Shown: positions 1-8,506 of the stretch, in pieces
Numbering within the stretch: the stretch's first letter is position 1
Layout of the letters: every line of letters starts with the position of its first letter
Origin: Minisyncoccota bacterium
Lineage (GTDB): Bacteria; Patescibacteriota; Minisyncoccia; Phycocordibacterales; UBA9973
Reading direction: 5' to 3'
Length of the DNA: 51,809 bases
NCBI GenBank assembly: GCA_040900015.1
Contig: JBBDZS010000022.1
Coordinates: 1-51,809 of the forward strand
Position numbers and translations under genes: made by a program
Notes under the pieces: generated by a model
Seen by the model: the letters and a program-made list of their open reading frames with translations, nothing else
What the model was told of the DNA's origin: nothing
Databases searched by the model: none

Positions 1-2
1 AT

Positions 3-515
3 GGTGACTACACCTCTGATTTATCCAGGCTTGTCTTAGAGCTAAAAAAAGAAATAACCCAATGCAAAGAGTGCTTTCGTTTCTTTCTTCCCGAAAATAC
101 CGCAGGTAAAGAATGCGACATCTGCCAAAATACAGGTCGCGACCCCGGCCTACTTATGGTGGTAGAAAAGGACTCTGACCTGGAAAGTGTGGAAAAAAGC
201 CATGTATATCACGGTAGGTATTTCGTACTAGGCGGACTAGTACCCATTGTGGAGAAAACAACCAAAAATAGAGTAAGGGTAGAGGAACTAAAAAAGAAGT
301 TATCCGGCAACGGTAAAATCAAGGAAATCATCCTCGCCTTCTCGCTCTCGCCTCAAGGCGACCACACTGATTCCTATATACGAGAACAGATAAAAGAATC
401 AACCGAAAAGTCTGATATAAAAATGTCCTCCCTCGGCCGAGGGCTATCTACCGGCACCGAACTGGAATATTCCGACAACGATACGCTCAAAAACGCACTT
501 AAAAATCGACAATAA
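3..515 (+). CDS. recR: Recombination protein RecR, 5' end cut by window edge
   Basis: Frame is open from nt 3. Translation ...EITQCKECFRFFLPENTAGKECDICQNTGRDPGLLMVVEKDSDLESVEK... gives the RecR C4 zinc finger (CKEC..CDIC). A Toprim-like core follows (LMVVEKDSD, GRYFVLGG, ILAFSLSPQGDHT) and a GLSTGTELEYSD tail. Confidence 0.85.
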   Translation, partial: GDYTSDLSRLVLELKKEITQCKECFRFFLPENTAGKECDICQNTGRDPGLLMVVEKDSDLESVEKSHVYHGRYFVLGGLVPIVEKTTKNRVRVEELKKKLSGNGKIKEIILAFSLSPQGDHTDSYIREQIKESTEKSDIKMSSLGRGLSTGTELEYSDNDTLKNALKNRQ

Positions 516-543
516 AAAAATCCGCAATTTTACGGATTTTTTT
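514..543. terminator. Bidirectional intrinsic terminator between convergent recR and rplU
   Basis: Perfect 11-bp stem aaaaaaatccg (514-524) / cggattttttt (533-543) with 8-nt loop. A-run and T-run flanks make it usable on both strands. Confidence 0.6.
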
Positions 544-545
544 AT

Positions 546-875
546 TTATTTTATCGAAGTTATTTTTACCTTAAAAAAAGGCTGTCTGTGACCATTTCTG
601 CGTAAATAACGAGACTTTTGCTTATATTTTAGGATTAGAATCTTGCGGGCTCGGCCGATTTCCACTATCTCGGCGTCCACCTTCGCGCCGTCGATATACG
701 GGGTGCCAATAGTCGTATCCTTGCCGTTGTCCACCAGGAGCACCTTGTCGAAAGACACTTTATCCCCCTTTTTATACAGAGTGCCTTCTTTATCTTTCAT
801 TTTCTCGATAGAAACAAGGCTGTCCTTGGACACCTTGTATTGCTTCCCGCCTGTTTGTATTACTGCAAATTCCAT
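546..875 (-). CDS. rplU: 50S ribosomal protein L21
   Basis: MEFAVIQTGGKQYKV... is the typical L21 N-terminus, with RRNGHRQPFFKVKI at the C-terminus. I place the start at the ATG at 873-875 rather than the ORF-track start at 911. Confidence 0.9.
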   Translation of the reverse strand: MEFAVIQTGGKQYKVSKDSLVSIEKMKDKEGTLYKKGDKVSFDKVLLVDNGKDTTIGTPYIDGAKVDAEIVEIGRARKILILKYKQKSRYLRRNGHRQPFFKVKITSIK

Positions 876-932
876 AGGTCTTATAATATACGACATTTCC
901 CAAAATTGCAAGTTGTGTTACAATGTTTTCAT

Positions 933-1967
933 ATGCAAACAAAAATCGTGGAAAGGTATTTCTTTTTCGGATTACTGCTCACTACTTTTATTTTTACCTT
1001 CCTGGTTTTCCGGCCTTTTTGGGTCGTCCTGGTTCTCGGGGCTTGCTTCTCTATTGTGCTCTATCCTGTCTATGAATGGCTCCGGAACAAGAAGTTCCCC
1101 AGCTGGCTCGCATCCATCCTGACCGTACTTTTGTTCACTATCCTTCTGTGCGGCCCCTTATTAGGGTTGGGTGTCCTTGTATTTAACCAAAGCGAAGATG
1201 TCTTTTACCTTGTTACTGACTCCCAAAGCCTTGATCCGTTCTTGGCATCCGTAGAGAGCGCGGTCAACAAGTTCCTCCCTGCCGGCATCGACCTGGATGT
1301 CAAGGAAAAGTCTGCAGAATTCATAGCCTATATTGCCAACAACATCGCCAACATCTTCACCACCACCCTATCTGCATTTTTCTCGTTTATACTAATGCTC
1401 CTTATTATTTTTTACTTCCTTAAGGATGGCACGAGATGGAAAAGATACATCATCGTTCTCTCCCCGCTCTCTGATCGCGATGACGAGAATATAATCAGAC
1501 AACTCGTAAAATCAGTTAACGCTGTCATCAAAGGCACTCTCTTTATTTCTCTAGTTCAAGGTTTCCTGATGGGTATCGGACTCTGGATATTTAATGTACC
1601 CAATCCGGCGCTTTGGGGCACGGTGGCCTCCGTTTCTTCATTACTTCCGACTATTGGTACTGCATTAGTCTCTGTACCGGCTATTATGTTCCTATTTGCG
1701 ACAGGTAGCACCGGCAGTGCTATCGGGCTCATAATTTGGGCAGCTCTCGTGGTAGGAATGGTAGACAATTTCTTACACCCTATGATTGTGGGCAGCACTA
1801 TGAGGATACCCCCACTTCTTATTCTTTTTGCGGTGCTGGGAGGTATATCCTTCCTAGGCCCAATAGGCATCTTGATTGGTCCGCTATCTGTCAGTCTGCT
1901 TTATACCCTTATCGCCATCTACCGCAATGAATTCAACAAAAATGAAGAATCAGCTCTTACTGCATAA
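933..1967 (+). CDS. AI-2E family (PerM/UPF0118-like) membrane transporter
   Basis: Multi-TM protein of about 344 aa with the typical FFLKDG..W and NFL.P..VG motifs. Start moved to the ATG at 933 (MQTKIVERYFFFGLLL) because the upstream part overlaps rplU. Confidence 0.75.
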   Translation: MQTKIVERYFFFGLLLTTFIFTFLVFRPFWVVLVLGACFSIVLYPVYEWLRNKKFPSWLASILTVLLFTILLCGPLLGLGVLVFNQSEDVFYLVTDSQSLDPFLASVESAVNKFLPAGIDLDVKEKSAEFIAYIANNIANIFTTTLSAFFSFILMLLIIFYFLKDGTRWKRYIIVLSPLSDRDDENIIRQLVKSVNAVIKGTLFISLVQGFLMGIGLWIFNVPNPALWGTVASVSSLLPTIGTALVSVPAIMFLFATGSTGSAIGLIIWAALVVGMVDNFLHPMIVGSTMRIPPLLILFAVLGGISFLGPIGILIGPLSVSLLYTLIAIYRNEFNKNEESALTA

Positions 1968-3303
1968 TACTCTCACTAGAGAAAAAGAGGTTTTCGTCCC
2001 GATCAATAAAGACGAAGTCCTAATGTATAGCTGTGGACCCACAGTCTACAACTATCCGCACATCGGCAATTACAGGGCATATATTTTCGCTGATATCCTA
2101 AAGCGCACACTCGAATATCACGGTTACGCCGTTAAACACATAATGAACCTAACCGACGTCGACGACAAAACCATCCGTGAATCCAGAAAAATGAAGAAAA
2201 GTTTGAAAGAATTCACCGAATTCTACACTCGAGAATTTTTTGAAGATATCAAGACTCTAAACATTCTCCCTCCCAAAGAGTTTACCAAGGCAACCGATTA
2301 TGTAAACGAAATGGTATCCATAATCGAAAAGCTTCTCTTTAAAGAACTCGCCTACAAAAGTGAAGACGGCTCAGTGTATTTTAGTATCAAAAAATTTAAA
2401 AATTATGGTTCCCTCGCCCACCTAAAACTTGACCAACAAAAAGAAAATGCCTCAGGACGAATAACGACTGATGAATACGATAAGGATAACATCCAAGACT
2501 TTGCTCTTTGGAAGGCTTGGGATGAAGAAGATGGCGATGTATTTTGGGATACGCCGCTCGGTAAGGGTCGGCCTGGTTGGCATATAGAATGCTCCGCGAT
2601 GGCAATGTCAACGCTTGATGAAGAGATAGACATCCATACCGGTGGAGTAGACAACATTTTTCCCCACCACGAAAATGAAATTGCCCAATCTGAAGGAGCT
2701 ACTGGAAAAAAATTCGTGCGCTATTGGCTACATAATGAGTGGGTGTTGGTGGACCAAAAAAAAATGGCCAAATCTTTCAACAATTTCTATACCTTACGAG
2801 ATATACTGGAGAGAGACATTAACCCGATAGCCTATCGATTTTGGCTCCTTATGGCGAATTACCGCACGAGAGTCAATTTTCACTGGGAGGCATTGGAAGC
2901 CGCCGAAATTGCCTTAAAAAGACTTTATAGTCTCTACCTCGGCCTTGGCACTAAATTAGGAAAAGTACACGAAGAATATGTCCTTAAATTCAAGGAATAC
3001 ATTGGAGACGACCTCAATACCCCTCGAGCACTTTCCCTGTTATGGGATGTACTGAAGGACGAAAATATATCTGATGCTGACAAGAAAGCCACAGTATTAG
3101 ATTTTGACAAAGTTCTTGGATTAGGATTTGAAAATCTAAAAGAAGAAGAAATTCCGAGAGAAGTATTAAAACTTGTTGAAGAAAGAAAGATAGCTAAAAA
3201 AGAAAAAGATTTTACTAAGTCTGACGAAATGAGAAAAGAAATCAACTCACTCGGTTATGAAGTGAAAGACACAATAGAAGGACAGAAAATATCCAAAATC
3301 TAA
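1927..3303 (+). CDS. cysS: Cysteine--tRNA ligase
   Basis: Class I HIGH motif (CGPTVYNYPHIGNYR), GWHIECSAM zinc site, KMAKS (KMSKS) loop. The start is ambiguous between ATG 1927 and ATG 1942, and it overlaps the end of the upstream transporter gene. Confidence 0.9.
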   Translation: MNSTKMKNQLLLHNTLTREKEVFVPINKDEVLMYSCGPTVYNYPHIGNYRAYIFADILKRTLEYHGYAVKHIMNLTDVDDKTIRESRKMKKSLKEFTEFYTREFFEDIKTLNILPPKEFTKATDYVNEMVSIIEKLLFKELAYKSEDGSVYFSIKKFKNYGSLAHLKLDQQKENASGRITTDEYDKDNIQDFALWKAWDEEDGDVFWDTPLGKGRPGWHIECSAMAMSTLDEEIDIHTGGVDNIFPHHENEIAQSEGATGKKFVRYWLHNEWVLVDQKKMAKSFNNFYTLRDILERDINPIAYRFWLLMANYRTRVNFHWEALEAAEIALKRLYSLYLGLGTKLGKVHEEYVLKFKEYIGDDLNTPRALSLLWDVLKDENISDADKKATVLDFDKVLGLGFENLKEEEIPREVLKLVEERKIAKKEKDFTKSDEMRKEINSLGYEVKDTIEGQKISKI

Positions 3304-3346
3304 TTTTCTACCATCTTATACATATGTTCATTATGGTAGAAAATTA
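3301..3346. terminator. Hairpin shared by convergent cysS and metK (both stop codons lie in the stem)
   Basis: Perfect 14-bp inverted repeat taattttctaccat (3301-3314) / atggtagaaaatta (3333-3346) with an 18-nt loop. Confidence 0.5.
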
Positions 3347-4288
3347 ATCCTCCCAAGGAGAATTCTTGTTTCCAAAATGTCCCCATTTGGCCGTGTCAGC
3401 GAATTTTACTTCCCTTAATTTAAGCGCTTCTCTTATACCCTTAGGGGTCAAATCATAGCCCTTGATTTTTATTTCTTTCCCATCTAAAACTGCCACCGCC
3501 ATCACCGGCTCCGGCTTACCTATCGCGTAAGCAAGCTTTACGAACGCCTCCTTCGCTTTACCGCTTCGTACTATATCTACTGCTATCTTACGAGCGATAT
3601 AGGCACCGCTCCGATCCACCTTGGTATAATCTTTACCGGAGAATGATCCGCCGCCGATCGGTATTTCTGGACCATAGTTATCGATAATCAATTTTCTGCC
3701 GGAAAGACCCGTGTCCGCATCGAAACCACCGAGAGTCCACTCACCTGCGGGGTTGATAAGATATTCCTCGGCTTGTATTATTTCTTTTACAAAAGGTAAT
3801 AGCTCGCTGTTTTTAGAGTTTTGAAAACTCACCACGACTGTCTTCACTACATCTCCATCTAAAGTAACTTGTACTTTTCCATCATAGGGATAATTTTGGT
3901 AAACTTTTGCGCATAGACTTCGGGCAAGCTCGTACTCTAGCGGCATCAAATTAGTGGTAGCTGAAGTTGCGTAACCTTTCATTATTCCCTGATCTCCTGC
4001 CCCACCAGTGTCTACTCCGGAGGCAATACTCGGGCTTTGCCTAGAGAGATTAATTATTATTTTATATTCTTGACCAACTATCTCTTTTACGATAGATTCC
4101 AAATCCGGCTCGGCCTGACTAGTCACTTCACCATTTATGGTAATGAGCTTGTGTCCGCCCATCACCTCTACTGCTACTCTGCTTTCTTTATCGCCATCTA
4201 GGTAGGCATCTAAAATGCAGTCCGCGATGTAGTCGCATATCTTGTCCGGATGCCCAGGACTCACGAATTCAGCTGTCTTTATAGCCAT
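3344..4288 (-). CDS. metK: S-adenosylmethionine synthase, short (314 aa) form
   Basis: GHPDKICD, GAGDQGIM and GGGSFSGKDYTKVDRSGAY motifs occur in canonical order. Confidence 0.85.
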   Translation of the reverse strand: MAIKTAEFVSPGHPDKICDYIADCILDAYLDGDKESRVAVEVMGGHKLITINGEVTSQAEPDLESIVKEIVGQEYKIIINLSRQSPSIASGVDTGGAGDQGIMKGYATSATTNLMPLEYELARSLCAKVYQNYPYDGKVQVTLDGDVVKTVVVSFQNSKNSELLPFVKEIIQAEEYLINPAGEWTLGGFDADTGLSGRKLIIDNYGPEIPIGGGSFSGKDYTKVDRSGAYIARKIAVDIVRSGKAKEAFVKLAYAIGKPEPVMAVAVLDGKEIKIKGYDLTPKGIREALKLREVKFADTAKWGHFGNKNSPWED

Positions 4289-4350
4289 AGCTTAAATCAG
4301 TCTAGCATAACTGGTTTGCATAAAAAAGTTAAAATGATATCCTTACCAAT

Positions 4351-5235
4351 ATGATTCAATCAATAATCAATGAGAAAAACCCAGAGAAAGCGGATGTGGT
4401 CTTGGTCGCCGCACCATACGAAAAAACCGCATCTTCACACAAAGGCACTGTAGCTGGGCCTAAAGCTGTGGTGAATTTCCTCAACACTCAGATTGAATTC
4501 TTTGACCGCAAGTTTAAAGTGGAAGTCTCCGAATTTGTAAAAACTGCACATCTATCCTTGCCAATTCAAAAATTATCACCAGTGAGAGCATATGAAAAAG
4601 TAAGGAATACAGCCGGGCATCTGGTCCAAAAAGGCAAATTTGTTTTTGTTCTGGGTGGCGAGCACTCAGTCTCAGTAGGCAACATCGCAGCCTTAAACCA
4701 AAAATACGATCCTAGTGAGGTGACCATACTCCAAATTGATGCGCATTGCGACCTTCGAGATAATGATGGCGACTACAGTAAAAATCCTACCAAGTTCGCG
4801 CACTCAGCAGTCATGCGAAGAGCGAGCGAGCTCGGGCATAGTATCGTCCAAGTAGGCATCCGCACATATTCGAAAGATGAGTACATTTATTTCAGCAATC
4901 CTAAACATAAAATAAAAGTCTTTGAGTGGGGTCTCGGAGGAAAACCGAAAATAGAAGAAATCTTGAAAAGTATTAAAACAAAAAATATCTATCTTTCTAT
5001 CGATGTGGATGGTTTTGATCCTTCAGTAATGCCGGGCACAGGTACGCCAGTTCCGGGAGGGCTCAAATGGAATTATGGAGTTAAGCTGATCGAACAATTG
5101 ATTGGAAAATTCAACCTAGTAGGCGCTGACATCGTAGAAGTCGCCCCTATGCGCGACACAGTCCTCACCGAATATGCCGCCGCCCAGCTGGCTTACACTA
5201 TTATTGCTAACAAATTTCGCAACAAATTTAAGTAA
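4351..5235 (+). CDS. Ureohydrolase family protein (agmatinase/arginase-like)
   Basis: Mn-binding signature blocks GGEHSVS, QIDAHCDLRD and SIDVDGFDP. Substrate specificity cannot be decided from sequence by eye. Confidence 0.8.
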   Translation: MIQSIINEKNPEKADVVLVAAPYEKTASSHKGTVAGPKAVVNFLNTQIEFFDRKFKVEVSEFVKTAHLSLPIQKLSPVRAYEKVRNTAGHLVQKGKFVFVLGGEHSVSVGNIAALNQKYDPSEVTILQIDAHCDLRDNDGDYSKNPTKFAHSAVMRRASELGHSIVQVGIRTYSKDEYIYFSNPKHKIKVFEWGLGGKPKIEEILKSIKTKNIYLSIDVDGFDPSVMPGTGTPVPGGLKWNYGVKLIEQLIGKFNLVGADIVEVAPMRDTVLTEYAAAQLAYTIIANKFRNKFK

Positions 5236-5809
5236 ATTTAAAAATTCTCTTACGATAGATTATCATTACCAAACCTAAATTTGCTAGTATTAAATAAATT
5301 CCGAATGAATAAATGGTAAAAGACCAGTCCTTGATGATAAGAATCCCCATTATTTGAACTACCGTCGTGGAAATATACAGCAAGCCAGATTCAGATTCAG
5401 GATGATGCCAAGATTTAATAAAAGTTGGAATAAAGGCCAAAGCATCGGCTAGTATTGCAAATAAAATAGATATCGCTAAATTTTACGTGACTACATATAA
5501 CAACAATGCCACTATGGCCAAAATCCCGCATGTTGCATCAAATACGGTGATCTTCCAATAACTATTTTTATCCCATAGTGAAACTATAATTATTGTCAAC
5601 GGCCCGAAACCAGCCAAAAAGACGGGTATAACTGATAGCCCTGCGCCTGCTTTCAACTGAAAAAATACGCCGATAAACGGAGCGAGCATCCAGATAAACC
5701 AAGACACTAGGTTAGGTCTAGTCTGCCCAAAAAGCATGTCTCTAAAATAGAAATAGTAGCCCACTGTATAAAATACAATTCCTAAATAGATAAAATATTC
5801 TGGAAGCAT
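5228..5809 (-). pseudogene. Polytopic membrane protein split by one in-frame TAA (5483-5485), or two small membrane ORFs
   Basis: ORFs 5483-5809 and 5228-5440 are in the same frame. The 42 nt between them translate without a stop (NLAISILFAILADA) and continue hydrophobic helices. The ATG at 5807-5809 is 1 nt from the dnaJ stop. Confidence 0.45.
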
Positions 5810-5810
5810 A

Positions 5811-6908
5811 TTATATTCCCTCTTCTTTGAGCTTCTCTATTAGTTCACGAGATTTGCGAGAAATCTTGGTCGGTAGTTTGATGTTGAGCTTGATCAGGAT
5901 GTCACCTCTTTTGCCTTTACCCGCCGGCACGCCTTTACCTTTTACTCGTAGTATCTCGCCAATTGTCACTCCTTCCGGAATACTGACCTCTATTTCCCCG
6001 TCGAGTGTTTCGATAAAATGCTTCGCACCGAGTAAGGCATCGGAAAGTTTTAGATTCAAGGTCATAGATAAATCATTGCCTTCACGCTTGAACACTGGAT
6101 GCGCTGCCACATTAATCTTGATATAAAGGTCGCCGGTGGTGCCTTTGGATACCGCTTCGCCGTGTCCGGTCATCCGTATCATTTCGCCGTCTCGTATACC
6201 GGCTGGAATATTTAGAGTAATTTCTTCTTCTCTACGGAGCACTCCCTTGCCCTTGCATGTTTCGCATACTTCTTTCGGGACCTCTCCAGCCCCCAAGCAG
6301 GTTTCGCAGATTTTAGTATTGGCGATGGTGCCGAAAATAGTCCGCTTGGCTTCGTGAATCTTACCTTGTCCGTTGCACTTTTTGCATGTTTCCATTTTCG
6401 ATCCCTCCTTTGCGCCCGAACCCTTACAAGAGAGACAACTAGAAGTTTTTGTGATAAGTATTTTTCTTTCTACACCGAACACTGCATCAGAAAATGAAAT
6501 CTGAATTTCGGTGGAAATATCCCTACCTCTTCTTGCTTGAGCTCGGCCACCCCCCATACCTCCACTGAAAAAATCACTAAAAATATCGTTCAAATTTCCA
6601 AAATCGAAATCCACCGATCCGTTTCCAAAGCCTCCTGCGCCAGAGAAATCGAAACCGCCAAATCCCTGCGAAGCGCCGTAAGCCCCTCCGCCCATATTTT
6701 CGAATCCGGTGCCAAATTGATCGTACTTGGAGCGCTTGGAGTCATCGGAGAGCACTTGATATGCCTCGTTTACTTCTTTAAATTTAGCCTCGTCGCCCTC
6801 CTTTTTATCGGGGTGGTACTTGTGTGCCAACTTATAGAAAGCCTTCTTTATTTCGTCCTTTTTTGCGTCTTTATTGACGCCCAATATATCGTAATAGTCT
6901 TTTGCCAT
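5811..6908 (-). CDS. dnaJ: Molecular chaperone DnaJ
   Basis: J domain (DYYDILGV..HPDK), G/F-rich linker, four CxxCxGxG zinc-finger repeats, C-terminal substrate-binding domains. Confidence 0.95.
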   Translation of the reverse strand: MAKDYYDILGVNKDAKKDEIKKAFYKLAHKYHPDKKEGDEAKFKEVNEAYQVLSDDSKRSKYDQFGTGFENMGGGAYGASQGFGGFDFSGAGGFGNGSVDFDFGNLNDIFSDFFSGGMGGGRAQARRGRDISTEIQISFSDAVFGVERKILITKTSSCLSCKGSGAKEGSKMETCKKCNGQGKIHEAKRTIFGTIANTKICETCLGAGEVPKEVCETCKGKGVLRREEEITLNIPAGIRDGEMIRMTGHGEAVSKGTTGDLYIKINVAAHPVFKREGNDLSMTLNLKLSDALLGAKHFIETLDGEIEVSIPEGVTIGEILRVKGKGVPAGKGKRGDILIKLNIKLPTKISRKSRELIEKLKEEGI

Positions 6909-6914
6909 ATGGAT

Positions 6915-7010
6915 AGAATATCATAATTATCGGGTCTTTCGCAAGCCGACGGGCTGAGAATGAGCAAATTTTCAGCAGAAAATTATGCGACCCGATAATT
7001 ATGATATTCT
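6915..7010. repeat. Perfect 22-bp inverted repeat with 52-nt spacer in the ATPase-dnaJ intergenic region
   Basis: agaatatcataattatcgggtc (6915-6936) is the exact reverse complement of gacccgataattatgatattct (6989-7010). The proximal arm ends 6 nt upstream of the dnaJ ATG (6908). Confidence 0.9.
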
Positions 7011-7017
7011 TGTAATT

Positions 7018-8472
7018 TTATATCATCGGCTCAGCTTCCACAGATGGTTTATCGCCGTCCTTCTTATGCCCCTTGCCTTCGATGATAGCCTTCTCTTCCG
7101 CACTTCGGATAATGGTGGATTCCTCTTCAGCGATCAGCTTGGCCGCATCACCTCTTGGTATAGAATACTTTCTACGGGAAGCCTCGATTATTTCCTTCCT
7201 GTATGAAGTGTGGGTTGGTGGTAGAACACGCAGGGTTTCCGCCGAAAACGGATCATAAGACTCCCCGTCTATCGTCATCTTTATGTAAATTTCTCCGACT
7301 GCGAGATTTATCATATCTTTCACATCGAAAAGCGGAGAAAATTCTGGCTTCATTTTGACCGCGTCTTCCCCACCCACTCGAAATGTGATAACTGAACCTA
7401 CATTTCCGAGCACTGCCTGGTGCACCTTGGGTAATATCTGGCCGACATATTGATGAGCTATGGTAAGGTTGAGGCCGTATTTGCGCGCCTCAGATAAAAT
7501 ATTTTCAAATGTCTGAGTCACCACATTTTGAAACTCGTCGACATATAGATAGAAATCGACACGTTCTGACTCCGGTATGGCGGCACGCTCCATTCCGGCT
7601 TGCTTTATCTTAGTTAAGAACATCGAACCCAGAAAAGAGGAATTCTCTTCGCCTAGGCGACCCTTAGATAAATTGATGAAAATGATCTTGCGTTCGTTCA
7701 TCAGCTTACTTATGTCGATTTTATTCTCTTTCTGTCCAAAAATATTGCGAAGGAGCGGATCAGACAAAAATTGACCTAGCTTATTCACCAGCGGAATGAT
7801 AGCGTCGGTGTCGAACTTCTCCGACCAATCGGCAAATTCAATAGCGAAGAATCTTTTGACCATATCATCGGTGATGTATTCCACCACCTTCTGTCTATAA
7901 TTTCGATCCGTAAGCATTGATATCATTCCACGCATTGTGGCGTGAGGATAATCCAAAAGTGCCAGACAAGTGAAACGGAAGACATGTTCGAGCCTAGGGG
8001 TCCAGTTGGCACCGAATTGTTTCTGAAAAACTTCGATCAGTCCCTGGGTGAGCTGGAATTTGAACATCGGGTCCACATTGGCAAGTGGATTGAAAGAAGC
8101 AGGAAAATCAATGTCGGCTGGATCAATAATGCACACATCTTCGATACGTTCTTTAGGAATATAGTCGAGCATGGCATCGATGACATCGCCGTGTGGGTCG
8201 ATCAGACACAGACCGTGACTATATGTCACATCCTGGCGAAGCATAAGTTCTAGGAGCTTAGTCTTGCCTACGCCGGACTTACCGATGATATATAGGTGGC
8301 GCCTGCGGTCCACCCGCTTGATACCGAAAATGAATTTCTTTTCTTCGAGCGCAGCCACATAGTTCGTCCTGCCGATAAAAGACACCTCTTCGGGTTTGAC
8401 CTTGCCGAAAACAGGCAGCTCAGGCGGTGGAGGTCCATGTTTGATTATTTGCACCCGGTTCAGCTTGGACAT
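7018..8472 (-). CDS. Soluble TraD/VirD4-like (type IV coupling protein-like) P-loop ATPase, paralog 1
   Basis: Walker A IIGKSGVGKT, Walker B-like DFYLYVDEFQN, then SEARKYGLNLTIAHQY. No TM segment. Clear paralog of 10270-12339. Confidence 0.7.
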   Translation of the reverse strand: MSKLNRVQIIKHGPPPPELPVFGKVKPEEVSFIGRTNYVAALEEKKFIFGIKRVDRRRHLYIIGKSGVGKTKLLELMLRQDVTYSHGLCLIDPHGDVIDAMLDYIPKERIEDVCIIDPADIDFPASFNPLANVDPMFKFQLTQGLIEVFQKQFGANWTPRLEHVFRFTCLALLDYPHATMRGMISMLTDRNYRQKVVEYITDDMVKRFFAIEFADWSEKFDTDAIIPLVNKLGQFLSDPLLRNIFGQKENKIDISKLMNERKIIFINLSKGRLGEENSSFLGSMFLTKIKQAGMERAAIPESERVDFYLYVDEFQNVVTQTFENILSEARKYGLNLTIAHQYVGQILPKVHQAVLGNVGSVITFRVGGEDAVKMKPEFSPLFDVKDMINLAVGEIYIKMTIDGESYDPFSAETLRVLPPTHTSYRKEIIEASRRKYSIPRGDAAKLIAEEESTIIRSAEEKAIIEGKGHKKDGDKPSVEAEPMI

Positions 8473-8506
8473 ATATAGATTTATATTACCACAAATTCAG
8501 CTCTTT

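Noticed and set aside
643-1122. 159-aa plus-strand ORF overlapping rplU and the transporter start
   Set aside because: It is antisense to the well-supported L21 gene, its composition is low-complexity Ser/Leu-rich, and it has no motifs. It is a shadow ORF.
6915-7010. Interpretation of the 22-bp inverted repeat as a MITE
   Set aside because: It is not fully rejected, but no target-site duplication flanks it (ggat on the left, tgta on the right) and no second copy occurs in this 52-kb window. It is therefore reported as a regulatory or structural candidate.
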